Below, piece after piece: positions 9,991 through 20,138 of a stretch of 64,000 nt of DNA. Source of the DNA: an uncultured candidate division Zixibacteria bacterium (GTDB lineage Bacteria; Zixibacteria; MSB-5A5; GN15; FEB-12). The notes below the pieces were generated by a model. That model did not search any database. It saw nothing but the letters and a program-made list of their open reading frames with translations, and was not told the DNA's origin. Made by a program: the position numbers and the translations under genes. The stretch covers positions 64,001-128,000 of the forward strand of contig CAVTJJ010000004.1 in the NCBI GenBank assembly GCA_963735035.1, in the 5' to 3' direction. Numbering within the stretch: the stretch's first letter is position 1; each line of letters opens with the position of its first letter.

Positions 9991-11805
9991 ATGATGTTAT
10001 CTAGATTTGTCGGAACCATAGGCATTCTCGCGTTAGGCGGGGCAATCCAATTATTCACGGCATCCCCCGCGATGAGTGCATCCCCAAGCGGCATAATAAA
10101 TCCAGTGGTCACATTCAGTTCGTATTTCGGCGGCAACGGCGACGAGTACTGTTCAGGTATCCGAGTGGATGATTCAGGGTATGTCTATCTCGCAACCCAC
10201 ACAACTTCGTCCAACTTCCCGGTGAAGAATGCCGCTTATGGCTATCCGATGGGTTACTACGATGTCACGCTCACGAAGCTGTCACCGAATTGCGACAGCA
10301 TCATCTTCAGCACTTATCTCGGGGGTCGCTCATACGATAATTTTCCGGGTGTAGCCGTGGACCGTTTCGGATGTGCATACGTGGCCGGCCAGACTTATTC
10401 AAACAACTTCCCGAGGCTGAATGCTTACGACGCCACTCTGGGGGGAGCTTGCGATCTCTTCATCACCAAGTTCAATAAAGATGGCACTCTCGCATTTAGC
10501 ACGTACTTCGGTGGATCGGGCGACGAGGAGCATGGCCGGATCGCAGTTGACAGTCTTGGCTGTGTGTACATCGCCGGCAATACGAGATCGTCCAACCTGC
10601 CGGCAATCAACGCCTACGATCCGATTTACAACGGCGGTGACGACGTCTTCCTGGCAAAGTTCTCCGCCGACGGGCAGACTCTACTTTACTGCACCTACCT
10701 TGGCGGCACCGGATACGAAGAGAATCACGTTCTGGCAATCGACAAGGCCGGCTGCGCTTACGTGACCGGTCTGGTCCAGTCTACGGACTACCCCACCACA
10801 CCGGGCGTATTTGGACCGACACTCTTTGGGGGAGGGACGGACGGCTACGTGACAAAGCTATCGGCTGACGGCGGTAGTCTGGTCTATAGCACCTACATCG
10901 GTGGAAGCGCATTCGATGATGGCGTAGGGCTGATCGTCGACGACTCAGGCCACGCCTATGTTTGTTCCGGCACCAGCAGCCCCGACTTCCCTACGGTCAA
11001 TGCCTACGACGCCACTTTCGATGGGCAGGAAGGATTCATAAGCAAGCTGTCCGAAACCGGCGACGCCCTGGAGTATTCGACCTTCATCGGTGGTTCCGGT
11101 GAGTTTGACGCGGTCTCCGACATGGCTCTGGACGATGCCGGCAGGCTGATAGCTCTCTGCTTAGTCAAGTCTGCGGATTTTCCAGTAACGGCGGATGCCT
11201 TTGATCTGACACACAACGGTGATAGAGACGGGGCCCTGGTGATTTTCGACCCGACCGGACAACGGCTCGAGTACTCCACATTTTTTGGCGGAAGCGGCTT
11301 TGAGGAAGAACGCGTTATGGCCATCGGTCCCGACGGCTCGGTATTCGCAACCGGGACCACGAAGTCATTCGACTGGCCAGTGGTGAACGGGATGTACCAA
11401 ACCAACCTTGGCGGCGACGACGTTCCCCTCATTAGATTTGAAAGAGACAGCGATGGTGACGGAGCGGCCGATCGCCTTGACAACTGCCCGGCTATAGCCA
11501 ACCCCGGGCAAGAAGACTCAAACGGTGACGGTGTGGGCGATGCCTGTTGCTGTGTCGGTCGCGTGGGCGACGCGAACGGCGACGGAGCCGACGAGCCTAC
11601 TATCGGTGATGTATCGGTCATGATCGATGCGAAGTTCATTAGCGGGCTTTGTGATGGCATCCTCGGCTGCCCCACAGAAGCGGATATCAATCAATCCGGC
11701 GGCGCTAATCCAATCTGCGATGACATCACGATCGGTGACATCTCGAGACTAATTGACTATCTGTTCATAACCGGCCCATCGCTGGGTCTTCCGGACTGTC
11801 TGTAA
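9991..11805 (+). CDS. Secreted SBBP beta-propeller protein with TSP3-like repeat and dockerin-like C-terminus
   Basis: Repeated STY(L/F)GG...IAVD..G..YV(A/T)G.T.S..FP; DSDGDG..D..DNCP; CCVGRVGDANG...DISRLIDYLF; RBS GGAGG. Confidence 0.85.
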   Translation: MMLSRFVGTIGILALGGAIQLFTASPAMSASPSGIINPVVTFSSYFGGNGDEYCSGIRVDDSGYVYLATHTTSSNFPVKNAAYGYPMGYYDVTLTKLSPNCDSIIFSTYLGGRSYDNFPGVAVDRFGCAYVAGQTYSNNFPRLNAYDATLGGACDLFITKFNKDGTLAFSTYFGGSGDEEHGRIAVDSLGCVYIAGNTRSSNLPAINAYDPIYNGGDDVFLAKFSADGQTLLYCTYLGGTGYEENHVLAIDKAGCAYVTGLVQSTDYPTTPGVFGPTLFGGGTDGYVTKLSADGGSLVYSTYIGGSAFDDGVGLIVDDSGHAYVCSGTSSPDFPTVNAYDATFDGQEGFISKLSETGDALEYSTFIGGSGEFDAVSDMALDDAGRLIALCLVKSADFPVTADAFDLTHNGDRDGALVIFDPTGQRLEYSTFFGGSGFEEERVMAIGPDGSVFATGTTKSFDWPVVNGMYQTNLGGDDVPLIRFERDSDGDGAADRLDNCPAIANPGQEDSNGDGVGDACCCVGRVGDANGDGADEPTIGDVSVMIDAKFISGLCDGILGCPTEADINQSGGANPICDDITIGDISRLIDYLFITGPSLGLPDCL

Positions 11806-11838
11806 TTCACTAAGGACCCGACTGGAGGTATTCACATC

Positions 11839-14170
11839 GTGTACTGCTATCGCGACCGCATTCAACCCACCGTCATCATGACCATGGTGATCTTTGTCTT
11901 GTCCGTCAGCTCCCTGTACGCGTCGGGCAGCCTGCTGGCCACGTATCTCGGCGGGAGCAGTAAAGAAGGCTGGCAGTATACCGGCGCCATTGATCTCGCC
12001 GCAGCTCTTGACGGCACGGTGTACGTCATTGGTGTGACGTCGTCCGGCGACTTCCCCGTGACTCCGGGTGCCTACGTCTGTCCGGGTCGGGGGATGGAGG
12101 ACTTCTTCATAGCAAGGTTCAGCCCCGATCTTTCGATTTTGTTGCAGGCAACCGTAATCGGCGGTTCGAACAACGAAACGAACCCGCAGATTGCCCTCAC
12201 GCCGGAAGGCACGGTTTACATAAGTGGCGCCACGCTGTCGACCAACTTTCCCACGACCGTGGGGGCTTATGACCGGACCGCGAGCGCGGCGGCGGACGTG
12301 TTCGTCGCCCGGTTCAACTCCGAGCTCACGACATTGCAGGCGTCCACCCTGCTCGGCGGAAACGGCCACGAGGATTCCGGGGTCCTGGCCATTGACGCTG
12401 ACGGTAATGTGCTTGTCGCCGGGCAGACCAGCGGGGGTCCATCAAATACCTTTCCCACAACCGCGGGGGCGTACGACCGTACCGCTAGTCCCAATTACTC
12501 CGACTTCTTCGTGTCCAAGCTCAACGCCAACCTGACCAACCTGCTGGCGTCGACCTTTTTGGGCGGACGGTACAGCGAGCTCTGGCCGGGTCTGGCCCTG
12601 GACGCCGATGGCAATATCTTTGTCTCGGGCGCCAGCGAATCAGATAACTACCCGTCAACGCCGGGGGCTTACTGCGAAACGTACCATGGCACGCCGCAGC
12701 CTGGAGCATATCTGTGCGACGTCGTCGTGTCGAAACTGACCTCGGACCTCACTACCCTGCTGGCGTCAACGTATGTCGGCACCGATCACTTTGAGGTCGG
12801 CTCCAATACCTGCGTGGACCCGGACGGCAACGTCTTCGTCGCGGGACATACGGACGGCCTGGACTACCCGGTTACCCCGGGAGCCTACGATGGAGTCCAC
12901 AACGGGTCGAACGAATTCGTGGTTACCACTCTGAACAACGACCTGACGAGTATAGTCGCATCCACGTACTTCACTCCGAACGAAGTGGGCTTCATGTATA
13001 GCACGAATCAGGTTTGTGACGAAGGAGGAAATCTGCTGATGGTCGGAAACGGCTGGGCCGATGTTCCCGTCACTTTGGATGCCTACGACGCCACACACAA
13101 CGGCGCCGACGAAACCGGCGACTGCTTCGTGCGGTCGATGACCGGTGACCTGACGACGATGAGCTACGGAAGTTACCTCGGAGGGACGGGAGAGGAGTTT
13201 GATGCAGCCGTGGCGGTAGGCGCTGACGGGGCCTTGTACATCGCCGGATACACCGCGTCGACAGACTTCCCGGTTTCGAGCACGGCTCTTGACGTCTCCT
13301 ACAACGGAGGCGCCGCTGACGCTTTTGTGGCCAGACTGGACAGGCGTCCGCCCTGCTGTGTCGGCCGTGTCGGCGATGCCAACGGGAGCGGCGACGACGA
13401 GCCGAGTATCGGTGATGTATCGGTCATGATCGATGCGAAGTTCATTAGCGGACTTTGTGACGGCATCCTCGGCTGCCCTACAGAAGCGGATATCAATCAA
13501 TCCGGCGGCGCTAATCCAATCTGCGATGATGTCACGATCGGTGACATCTCGAGACTAATTGACTATCTGTTCATAACTGGCCCGCCGCTTGGTCTTCCGG
13601 ACTGTCTTTCGAGCGCCAACTGGCTCGAGATTGCTCCCGGATCGGCGGTGACAATCGACGGTGTCATACAGCCGGGTGAATGGGATGACGCCGCTACCGT
13701 CGGCTTCGGCATCGACGGTGTTGTGAATGTGACGGTATCGGCCAAACACGACGGCACCAGTCTCATGCTTGCCTTCAGGTACACGTTTGTCGGTGTGCCC
13801 GGTCTGGGTATGCCGGAGGTGTTATTCGACACCGATGCCGACCGGAGTGTCGGGCTGCAGACCGATGATTGGTGGTTTCACTTATCGGGGAGCGACTGCG
13901 AAGCTCGTGGAGCCTATGATGTTTACACCGACTGCGCTGTTATCCAACCCGACTGGCAGGCGGTGCCGAATTTCCCGATGACCCCCAACCCGCCCTGCTT
14001 GGATACTTTCGAAATATCAATTCCGTTCAGCAAGATCGGTGTAGCTGTGGGTGACGAGATCGGTCTTGCCTTTCGGATTCTTGTACATGCCTTCATTGAC
14101 CGGCCATTGGCCGCAATCGGCTGTGCCTGACAGCCCGGCGACGTGGGGTCGCGCGATAATCAAGCCGTGA
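11839..14170 (+). CDS. Secreted SBBP beta-propeller / dockerin-like / DOMON-CBM9-like protein, probable frameshift near 14080
   Basis: STFLGG/FPTT.GAYD repeats, dockerin-like block, IDGVIQPGEWDDA; the shifted frame 14081-14170 reads LYMPSLTGHWPQSAVPDSPATWGRAIIKP*. Confidence 0.8.
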
Positions 14171-14480
14171 GTACGGTAGGTCAGGAGCCCTTAGGCTCCT
14201 GACATTAGCTATTGCCATCCAGTGCGAGCTTTGTAGGTCGGGACCCTTGTGGTCCCGACAATAGATTTGGGTGGTTGGTGTACGTCCTCGTGCGCCAACG
14301 ATAACGTGGTGGACGAGGGCACCCGATCATATCGGGGGCAGGCTCTATCACAAACGGAATCAGATCTACCATGCTGGCAATGGGGAACGTCATGCGTCAG
14401 GTCACACTCGCTCGTCCGCCTGTGGCGGACGCGCGAGCAAGACCTGACGCAACAAACAAAGCGCTGGGGTACCAGAAAGA

Positions 14481-16286
14481 CTACTTCGTCAAACGGTCCA
14501 CCTCGGCCACCTGCTCCGCAAACAGCCTGAGGGTCGCGTCAATCGGCGCCGGCGTGGTCATGTCCACTCCGCAAATCTTCAAGAGTTCGATCGGATAATC
14601 ACTCCCGCCCGCGCGCAGCATCTTCAGATACTTCTCAACCAATCCCTTCTCACCCGCCAGGAAGCGGGTCAGGATCGCCTGCGATGCCGCAAACGACGTC
14701 GCATACTGATAGACATAGAACGAATTGTAGAAATGCGGGATGCGCGACCATTTGAGGGGCGTCAAGTCATCCATCGTGAAATCGGGGCCGTAGTACAATT
14801 GCGTCAACTCGCGCCAGCGGGCGGTCATCATGTCAGGTGACAACGCCCCGCCGTTTTCGATTTCAGTATGGATGTCCAGCTCGAAATGAGCATAAAGCAC
14901 CTGGTTGAAGAAAGTGCCAACCGCGTTATCTATCGCCCGGCTTAGCAAATAGAGCCGCTGTTTGGCATCGGTGGTCTTCTTCAGCAAATATTCCAGCAGG
15001 AGACCCTCGTTCAGTGTCGACGCCACTTCCGCCACGAATATCGAATAGTGCGATTTCGAATACGGTTGCGCCGCACAGGTTAAGTGGCTGTGCATGGCAT
15101 GCCCCAGTTCGTGGGCGAGCGTGAAGAAATTATCCAGGGTGTCATTGTAGTTCATTAGCACGAACGGGTGGACTGTGTAGCTGTGCGAGCTGTAGGCTCC
15201 ACTCCCTTTCCCCTGAGTCTCCCAAACATCCACCCAGCGATGATCGAAAGCATGCCGGAGCTGACGTCCGTATTCATCGCCTAGTGGTGCCGCCGATTCG
15301 ATTACCTGGCGGATGGCGTCGTCGTAGGGCACCTCATAGTCCTGTTCGGGGAACAGAGGACAGAACATGTCGTAACTGTGAATCTGGTTGAGCTTCAATA
15401 ATCGCTTGCGATGTCTGATGTACTCATGCAGGCCGCCGAGATTCTTCTCCGTTGTTTCAAGCAGCGAGCGATAGACTTCGGTGGGAATGTTATTGCCGTC
15501 CAGAGCTCCTTCCAGACAACTGTCGTACTTGCGCGTCTTGGCGTAGAACAGATCGGCGCTTGCCGAAGAAGACAACGATGCCCCGAGCGTGTTGGTGTGG
15601 TCGCGGTACGGTGAATAGAACGCCTCGTGGGTGTCTTTTCGTACGCGTGGGTCCGACGATTCCAGCAGCTTGATCGCACGTTGCTTGGTCAATTGAATTT
15701 CTGTGCCCTGGGCGTCTTTGACGGACGGATACTTGATATCGGCGTCGTCGAGCATCGAGAAGATTGAATCCGGACCACGGGAGACGAGCGAGGACAGCGC
15801 CAGCACTTCCTCGACTTCTTCGGAACGGATATGTTTCTTGGAGCGGATCAACTCCTTGACGTAGAAATCGTATTCATCGGTCCGGGGGAATTGAGTCGCC
15901 ATTGTTTGCAGTTTGGCCTCGTCGATCAGCAGCAATTCCGGCTCCACGAACGAATACGCCGCGCCGGCGTCCGACGAGAGCGACGCGGCCCGGTCAGTGA
16001 GCGCCTGATATTGCGAGACCCGGTTGTCGAGATCTTTGTTGAGGAACGCGTATTGATACAACTGGGAGAGAATCTTCTGGAGTTCGCTCCGGGTATTCAG
16101 ACAGGCGTACATCGTCTGTGGCGACTCGGCGAGTTTGCCCGCGAACTGACGGGCTTGTGCGATCAGACCCTTGACTTTTTGATAGTCGGCCTCCCAGGCG
16201 GCATCATCGGCGTAGAGATCGGCCAGATTCCATTTGTGTTTGTCGGCGATTTCGGCTCGTTGGGGGATATTCTTGAATTCGGGCAT
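14481..16286 (-). CDS. pepF: Oligoendopeptidase F (M3B)
   Basis: KWNLADLY, GKGSGAYS, TLAHELGHAMHS, AEVAST, WSRIPHFY..FYVYQYA. Confidence 0.95.
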   Translation of the reverse strand: MPEFKNIPQRAEIADKHKWNLADLYADDAAWEADYQKVKGLIAQARQFAGKLAESPQTMYACLNTRSELQKILSQLYQYAFLNKDLDNRVSQYQALTDRAASLSSDAGAAYSFVEPELLLIDEAKLQTMATQFPRTDEYDFYVKELIRSKKHIRSEEVEEVLALSSLVSRGPDSIFSMLDDADIKYPSVKDAQGTEIQLTKQRAIKLLESSDPRVRKDTHEAFYSPYRDHTNTLGASLSSSASADLFYAKTRKYDSCLEGALDGNNIPTEVYRSLLETTEKNLGGLHEYIRHRKRLLKLNQIHSYDMFCPLFPEQDYEVPYDDAIRQVIESAAPLGDEYGRQLRHAFDHRWVDVWETQGKGSGAYSSHSYTVHPFVLMNYNDTLDNFFTLAHELGHAMHSHLTCAAQPYSKSHYSIFVAEVASTLNEGLLLEYLLKKTTDAKQRLYLLSRAIDNAVGTFFNQVLYAHFELDIHTEIENGGALSPDMMTARWRELTQLYYGPDFTMDDLTPLKWSRIPHFYNSFYVYQYATSFAASQAILTRFLAGEKGLVEKYLKMLRAGGSDYPIELLKICGVDMTTPAPIDATLRLFAEQVAEVDRLTK

Positions 16287-16613
16287 AAAGCTCCTCTCGG
16301 GTGTCTAGTCTCTCCGGCAGGCAATATGATAAAGGGAAAGTTCAAATTCCAGAAAGATGTTTTGGCAACTTATCGGAGGTAACCTATTTGCTGAGTGACC
16401 CCGGAGCCTGTCATCGCGAGGCCCGACCGGTCGGGTCCGTGGCGAACTCGTGGGTGGCAGACCTCCTGGTCTGCCCCTTGACGCGGGGCACACGAGGACG
16501 TGTGCCGCCCACGGCAATCCGAGATTGCCGCTCTACGATGTGCCGCCTGGCGGCGGCCATCTCCGCTCGCAATGACGCGGACACAGGCTATTCTTCACGG
16601 TGTCCCGACCGTC

Positions 16614-18365
16614 CTAGGTTTCCTTCCCCTTCCACAATTTCGGGAAATAGTAGCTCAGCAACAGAAACACGGCGCCAAAGCCCATGAACAACAGGACGCG
16701 CCAGATTGTCTCGAGATTGGCCAGATCGACCAGGAATAGCTTGCCCACAACCAGCATCAGCGTGCCGAGTCCGGTCCATCGCAGTGAAGCTAGATTCTTG
16801 CGCAGCGAAACTATCAGCAGGACCGCTCCATAGATACCCCAGGCGATACTCAAGTACCCCTGACCGTTTGCCAGACCGTGAAGCTCGCGCGCCAACCAGG
16901 CGAGAAAGAAAACATGCGTTACCAGACCGTAGGCGAGCCGCGCGTTGGTCGGTCTGGCTTGAATCGCGACAATCGCACCGGCCAGGATGACAGCCAGGTC
17001 GGTCAGGGCGAGGTGATTGAACACCACCGGCCGCAAATGCTCATATTCCAACAGGTGCACCAGCATCCAGATGCCGACCACTAATGCAAGTAAGTTTGCG
17101 CCGCCGAAAACGTAGTAATCTTCAAGACGTCGCGCCAGCAGGTGCAGAGCGAGTGCTTCCATCGCCAGGGCCAAGAACAGAGTATCCCCGTCAAGCAGCA
17201 AGCACAGTGCGATAGTCAGCAGAATTGCCCCGGTTGCAGCAGGAGTATAGGCCAACGGTTTGAAATCATCCCGACTTTGAAGCAGCCAAAACGCAAACCC
17301 GTACAGTAATGCTGCCGCCAACGCTATCCAGCCGAACACATTGTGGGGTGTCAGCGGCCAGGTGGCGGTCGAGGCTCCCAACGCCGCCAACGGTGAGGCC
17401 ACCAAGAGCACGTGCAGATGACTATCAGGATTTCGGCCCGACACAATAGCAGGGGTTTGACCGTTCCGCTTCATGATCTTTCGCACGGTCGGAAGGATTC
17501 CGAAACAAAGCCAGATGAACAGAATTCCACCCTGTATTGCCTTCTGCGCGAAAAAGTGTGCGTCGCCGATCAGGTACCAGGCGTAATCTATCGCGATAGA
17601 CATCACGATCCAACCGCCGACCGCCGACAGCCACAAATGAAAGCGCCACCCCTTGACGAAATAGACCGCGACCGTCCCGGCCAGAATCAAGCAAGTGTAC
17701 ATAACCAATCCGGGGACGCTCCCTGACCCGGAGTAGAGCAAGAATGGCGTACCGAGCCCACCGATCGTCCCGATCAGCGAGAAGAGCGCATCGTCCTGTC
17801 GGAGCGAGATGAAAAAGGCCAGACACGTTATGATCACCATGAGGGCAAATGCGGTCGGATGCGAAATCAGATCGAACAATTGAAACGCCGAGAAGTCGGT
17901 AATGTAGAAAGTCGCGACGCTGCCCCCGAGCAATAACCTTGAGAGATGCAGTCTTTGAGCATATAGGCGCCAGCCAAAGACAAACAATATGATCCCGGTG
18001 CCGATTCCGAAGAAATGCCGTACCGGCGGGGTGATCCAACCCTGATCAATCGAATACTTGAAGGCGAACACTAGTCCGAACAGTAGGAGCCCGATCCCGA
18101 CTCGGCTGAGCCAGAACTCGCTCTTTCGCATGTAGTCAGGAAGTTCGAACCCTGGTCGAGCCGACACCGGAATCGGTCGCACACCTGAGACTGGTGGCTG
18201 TGTCGGGGGTGGTGGTGCCGGGATAGGGGTCTGTCTCGCGGGCTGACCTTGAGGTGCAGAGGTCTGGTCAGGCACGCTGCCCTTGAGCAACTGCTTGATT
18301 TCGGCCAGCTCGCGTTCCAGCCGAGCGACACGATTTTCGAGCGATTCCCTGTCCGGGGTATCCAT
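16614..18365 (-). CDS. DUF2339-like multi-pass membrane protein
   Basis: RVARLERELAE, Pro-rich linker, WLSRVGIGLLLFG, many TMs, KLFLVDL...RVLLFMGFG; likely start MDTPDR at 18365. Confidence 0.85.
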   Translation of the reverse strand: MDTPDRESLENRVARLERELAEIKQLLKGSVPDQTSAPQGQPARQTPIPAPPPPTQPPVSGVRPIPVSARPGFELPDYMRKSEFWLSRVGIGLLLFGLVFAFKYSIDQGWITPPVRHFFGIGTGIILFVFGWRLYAQRLHLSRLLLGGSVATFYITDFSAFQLFDLISHPTAFALMVIITCLAFFISLRQDDALFSLIGTIGGLGTPFLLYSGSGSVPGLVMYTCLILAGTVAVYFVKGWRFHLWLSAVGGWIVMSIAIDYAWYLIGDAHFFAQKAIQGGILFIWLCFGILPTVRKIMKRNGQTPAIVSGRNPDSHLHVLLVASPLAALGASTATWPLTPHNVFGWIALAAALLYGFAFWLLQSRDDFKPLAYTPAATGAILLTIALCLLLDGDTLFLALAMEALALHLLARRLEDYYVFGGANLLALVVGIWMLVHLLEYEHLRPVVFNHLALTDLAVILAGAIVAIQARPTNARLAYGLVTHVFFLAWLARELHGLANGQGYLSIAWGIYGAVLLIVSLRKNLASLRWTGLGTLMLVVGKLFLVDLANLETIWRVLLFMGFGAVFLLLSYYFPKLWKGKET

Positions 18366-18405
18366 GTGACACCGCCTCTCGCAAGTTCTGGTGCCCCACC
18401 GCTTG

Positions 18406-18587
18406 CGGCCTGTTGAAAAAGACTGTCTAATCGTCATTGCGAGCGGAGATGGCCCGCCGCTAGGCGGGACAGCGTAGCGCGGCAATCTCAGGCTCGTTGT
18501 GGCAGCGGCATTTGAGATCGCCACGTCTCGCCCGCGAAGCGCGGCCGAGACTCGCGATGACGGGGAAGGGACTTTTTCAACAGGCCC
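18406..18587. mobile_element. 182-bp MITE with IS5/IS1182-like terminal inverted repeats
   Basis: TIRs GGCCTGTTGAAAAAG / CTTTTTCAACAGGCC; CTTG duplicated at 18402-18405 and 18588-18591. Confidence 0.75.
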
Positions 18588-18815
18588 CTTGCGGTGGGAT
18601 TAGATTATGACCCGTCGACCACGTTCATACATACTTCTAAGTCGGGTTGGTCATCTGGCGCTTCGCGCCTGATTCCTGAACCCGACCTACCTTGCTACCT
18701 TAGCAGGAAATTTGCGGAACGCCGCCTTCCGGTACAAGCTAAAATAGGCGCACCCGCCCTGGCCAGTCTTCGGGATTGCCTGCCCACATTCGGGATCGAC
18801 TACTTCGTGGGGCCG

Positions 18816-19667
18816 CTACATCTTCTCCACACACCCCGCTATCAGGGCGCGCAATTTCGGCTCAGCCTCGGCGGCTATCTTCAGCACCGACTCAATCGAA
18901 CAGGGATGCATATTGTCGGCCAGACCCATGTCCGTGATAATCGAAAACGCCAGAACCTTCGTCCCCTGATGGTGCGCGGCCATTACTTCCGGGACGGTCG
19001 ACATCCCCACTGCGTCTCCGCCGAGCGTGCGAAACATCCGATACTCCGCCGCCGTCTCGAGATTCGGGCCGCTTACCGCAATGTAAACGCCTTCCTGCAA
19101 CCGCAACTTCTGTTCCAGCGCTACCTGACGCGCGATGTCGAGGTACTTCCGATGATACACTTCGTAGCAGTCCGGGAACCGCAGCCCCCAGGAATCGTCA
19201 TTGTCGCCGATCAGTGGATTACCGGGGAGGAAATTGACATGGTCGGTCATGAGCATGATATCCCCCTCGTGATATTTCGGATTGAGGCCGCCCGCAGCGT
19301 TGGAAGCTATCAGCGAATGGATGCCGAGCTTCTTCATGACTCGGATCGGGAACGCGATCTGACGGAACGAATATCCTTCGTAGTAATGAAACCGCCCCTG
19401 CATGCAGACGACCGGCTTGCCCTTGAGCGTCCCGAACAACAGGCGGCCGTGGTGTGATTCGACAGTAGATGTCGGGAAGTGCGGGATGTCTTCGTATTCG
19501 ACAGCCCCGGCCATCTGGATGCCGTCGACCAACGAGCCGAGTCCGGTGCCGAGAATGATTCCGATTTGGGGTTCGAATTTGATCTGGGCGGTGATATATG
19601 CCACCGCATCGTCGATCTTGGAGTGAATCTCCGGCCAAGTCTGCATTCCATCGTCGTTCATAGTCAC
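18816..19667 (-). CDS. punA: Purine-nucleoside phosphorylase (trimeric type)
   Basis: GIILGTGLG, MQGRFHYYEG, SNAAGG, GPNLETAAE, DAVGMSTVPE; the true start may be 19646. Confidence 0.93.
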   Translation of the reverse strand: MTMNDDGMQTWPEIHSKIDDAVAYITAQIKFEPQIGIILGTGLGSLVDGIQMAGAVEYEDIPHFPTSTVESHHGRLLFGTLKGKPVVCMQGRFHYYEGYSFRQIAFPIRVMKKLGIHSLIASNAAGGLNPKYHEGDIMLMTDHVNFLPGNPLIGDNDDSWGLRFPDCYEVYHRKYLDIARQVALEQKLRLQEGVYIAVSGPNLETAAEYRMFRTLGGDAVGMSTVPEVMAAHHQGTKVLAFSIITDMGLADNMHPCSIESVLKIAAEAEPKLRALIAGCVEKM

Positions 19668-20065
19668 CTATTCGCTACTCGTTCTCACCCGGCAGATGTG
19701 GACATCTGCCGGGCACATGGGGAAGTCGGCAGATGTGGACCCGCCGAGGCGGGCCGGGCACGCTACGTCTGTTACGTCAGAGCCTGATCCCGATCCGCTT
19801 GTTACAACGGGTCGAGCCACAATTCGCACGTTGCGTCAGAGCCTGCCCCCGACTTGATCGGGGGTCTTGCCGAGTTCGTCCGCCACGCGGACGAATGAGG
19901 TGTGACCTGACGCTCACCATCGTTACGTGTCAGTTCTCACCCCCACTCACTTGAGGTGAGCGGGGGAAGGAACTGACACAACAATCCAGCCGAGCATTAC
20001 GCCTATGCTCGTGGACTGTTCGTACGTATGGCAGAATATATGAGGTCGAAATTGTACGGACAGGC

Positions 20066-20113
20066 AAAAAAAGAAAGAAAAACCGGGCCGGCTTTTGAAT
20101 AGGCCGGTCCGGT
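20066..20113 (-). terminator. Rho-independent terminator after the divIVA-like gene
   Basis: Hairpin ACCGGGCCGGC...GCCGGTCCGGT followed on the minus strand by a T-rich tail. Confidence 0.7.
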
Positions 20114-20138
20114 CTGGAGTGCGAGTGGCGGATATCAG

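Noticed and set aside
11601..13606. Near-identical repeat pair as a DGR template/variable region
   Set aside because: Differences are mostly synonymous and not adenine-specific, both copies are coding, and no reverse transcriptase is present.
18366..18524. N-terminal extension of the DUF2339 ORF
   Set aside because: It is translated MITE/REP sequence; an RBS-like GAGG precedes the ATG at 18365.
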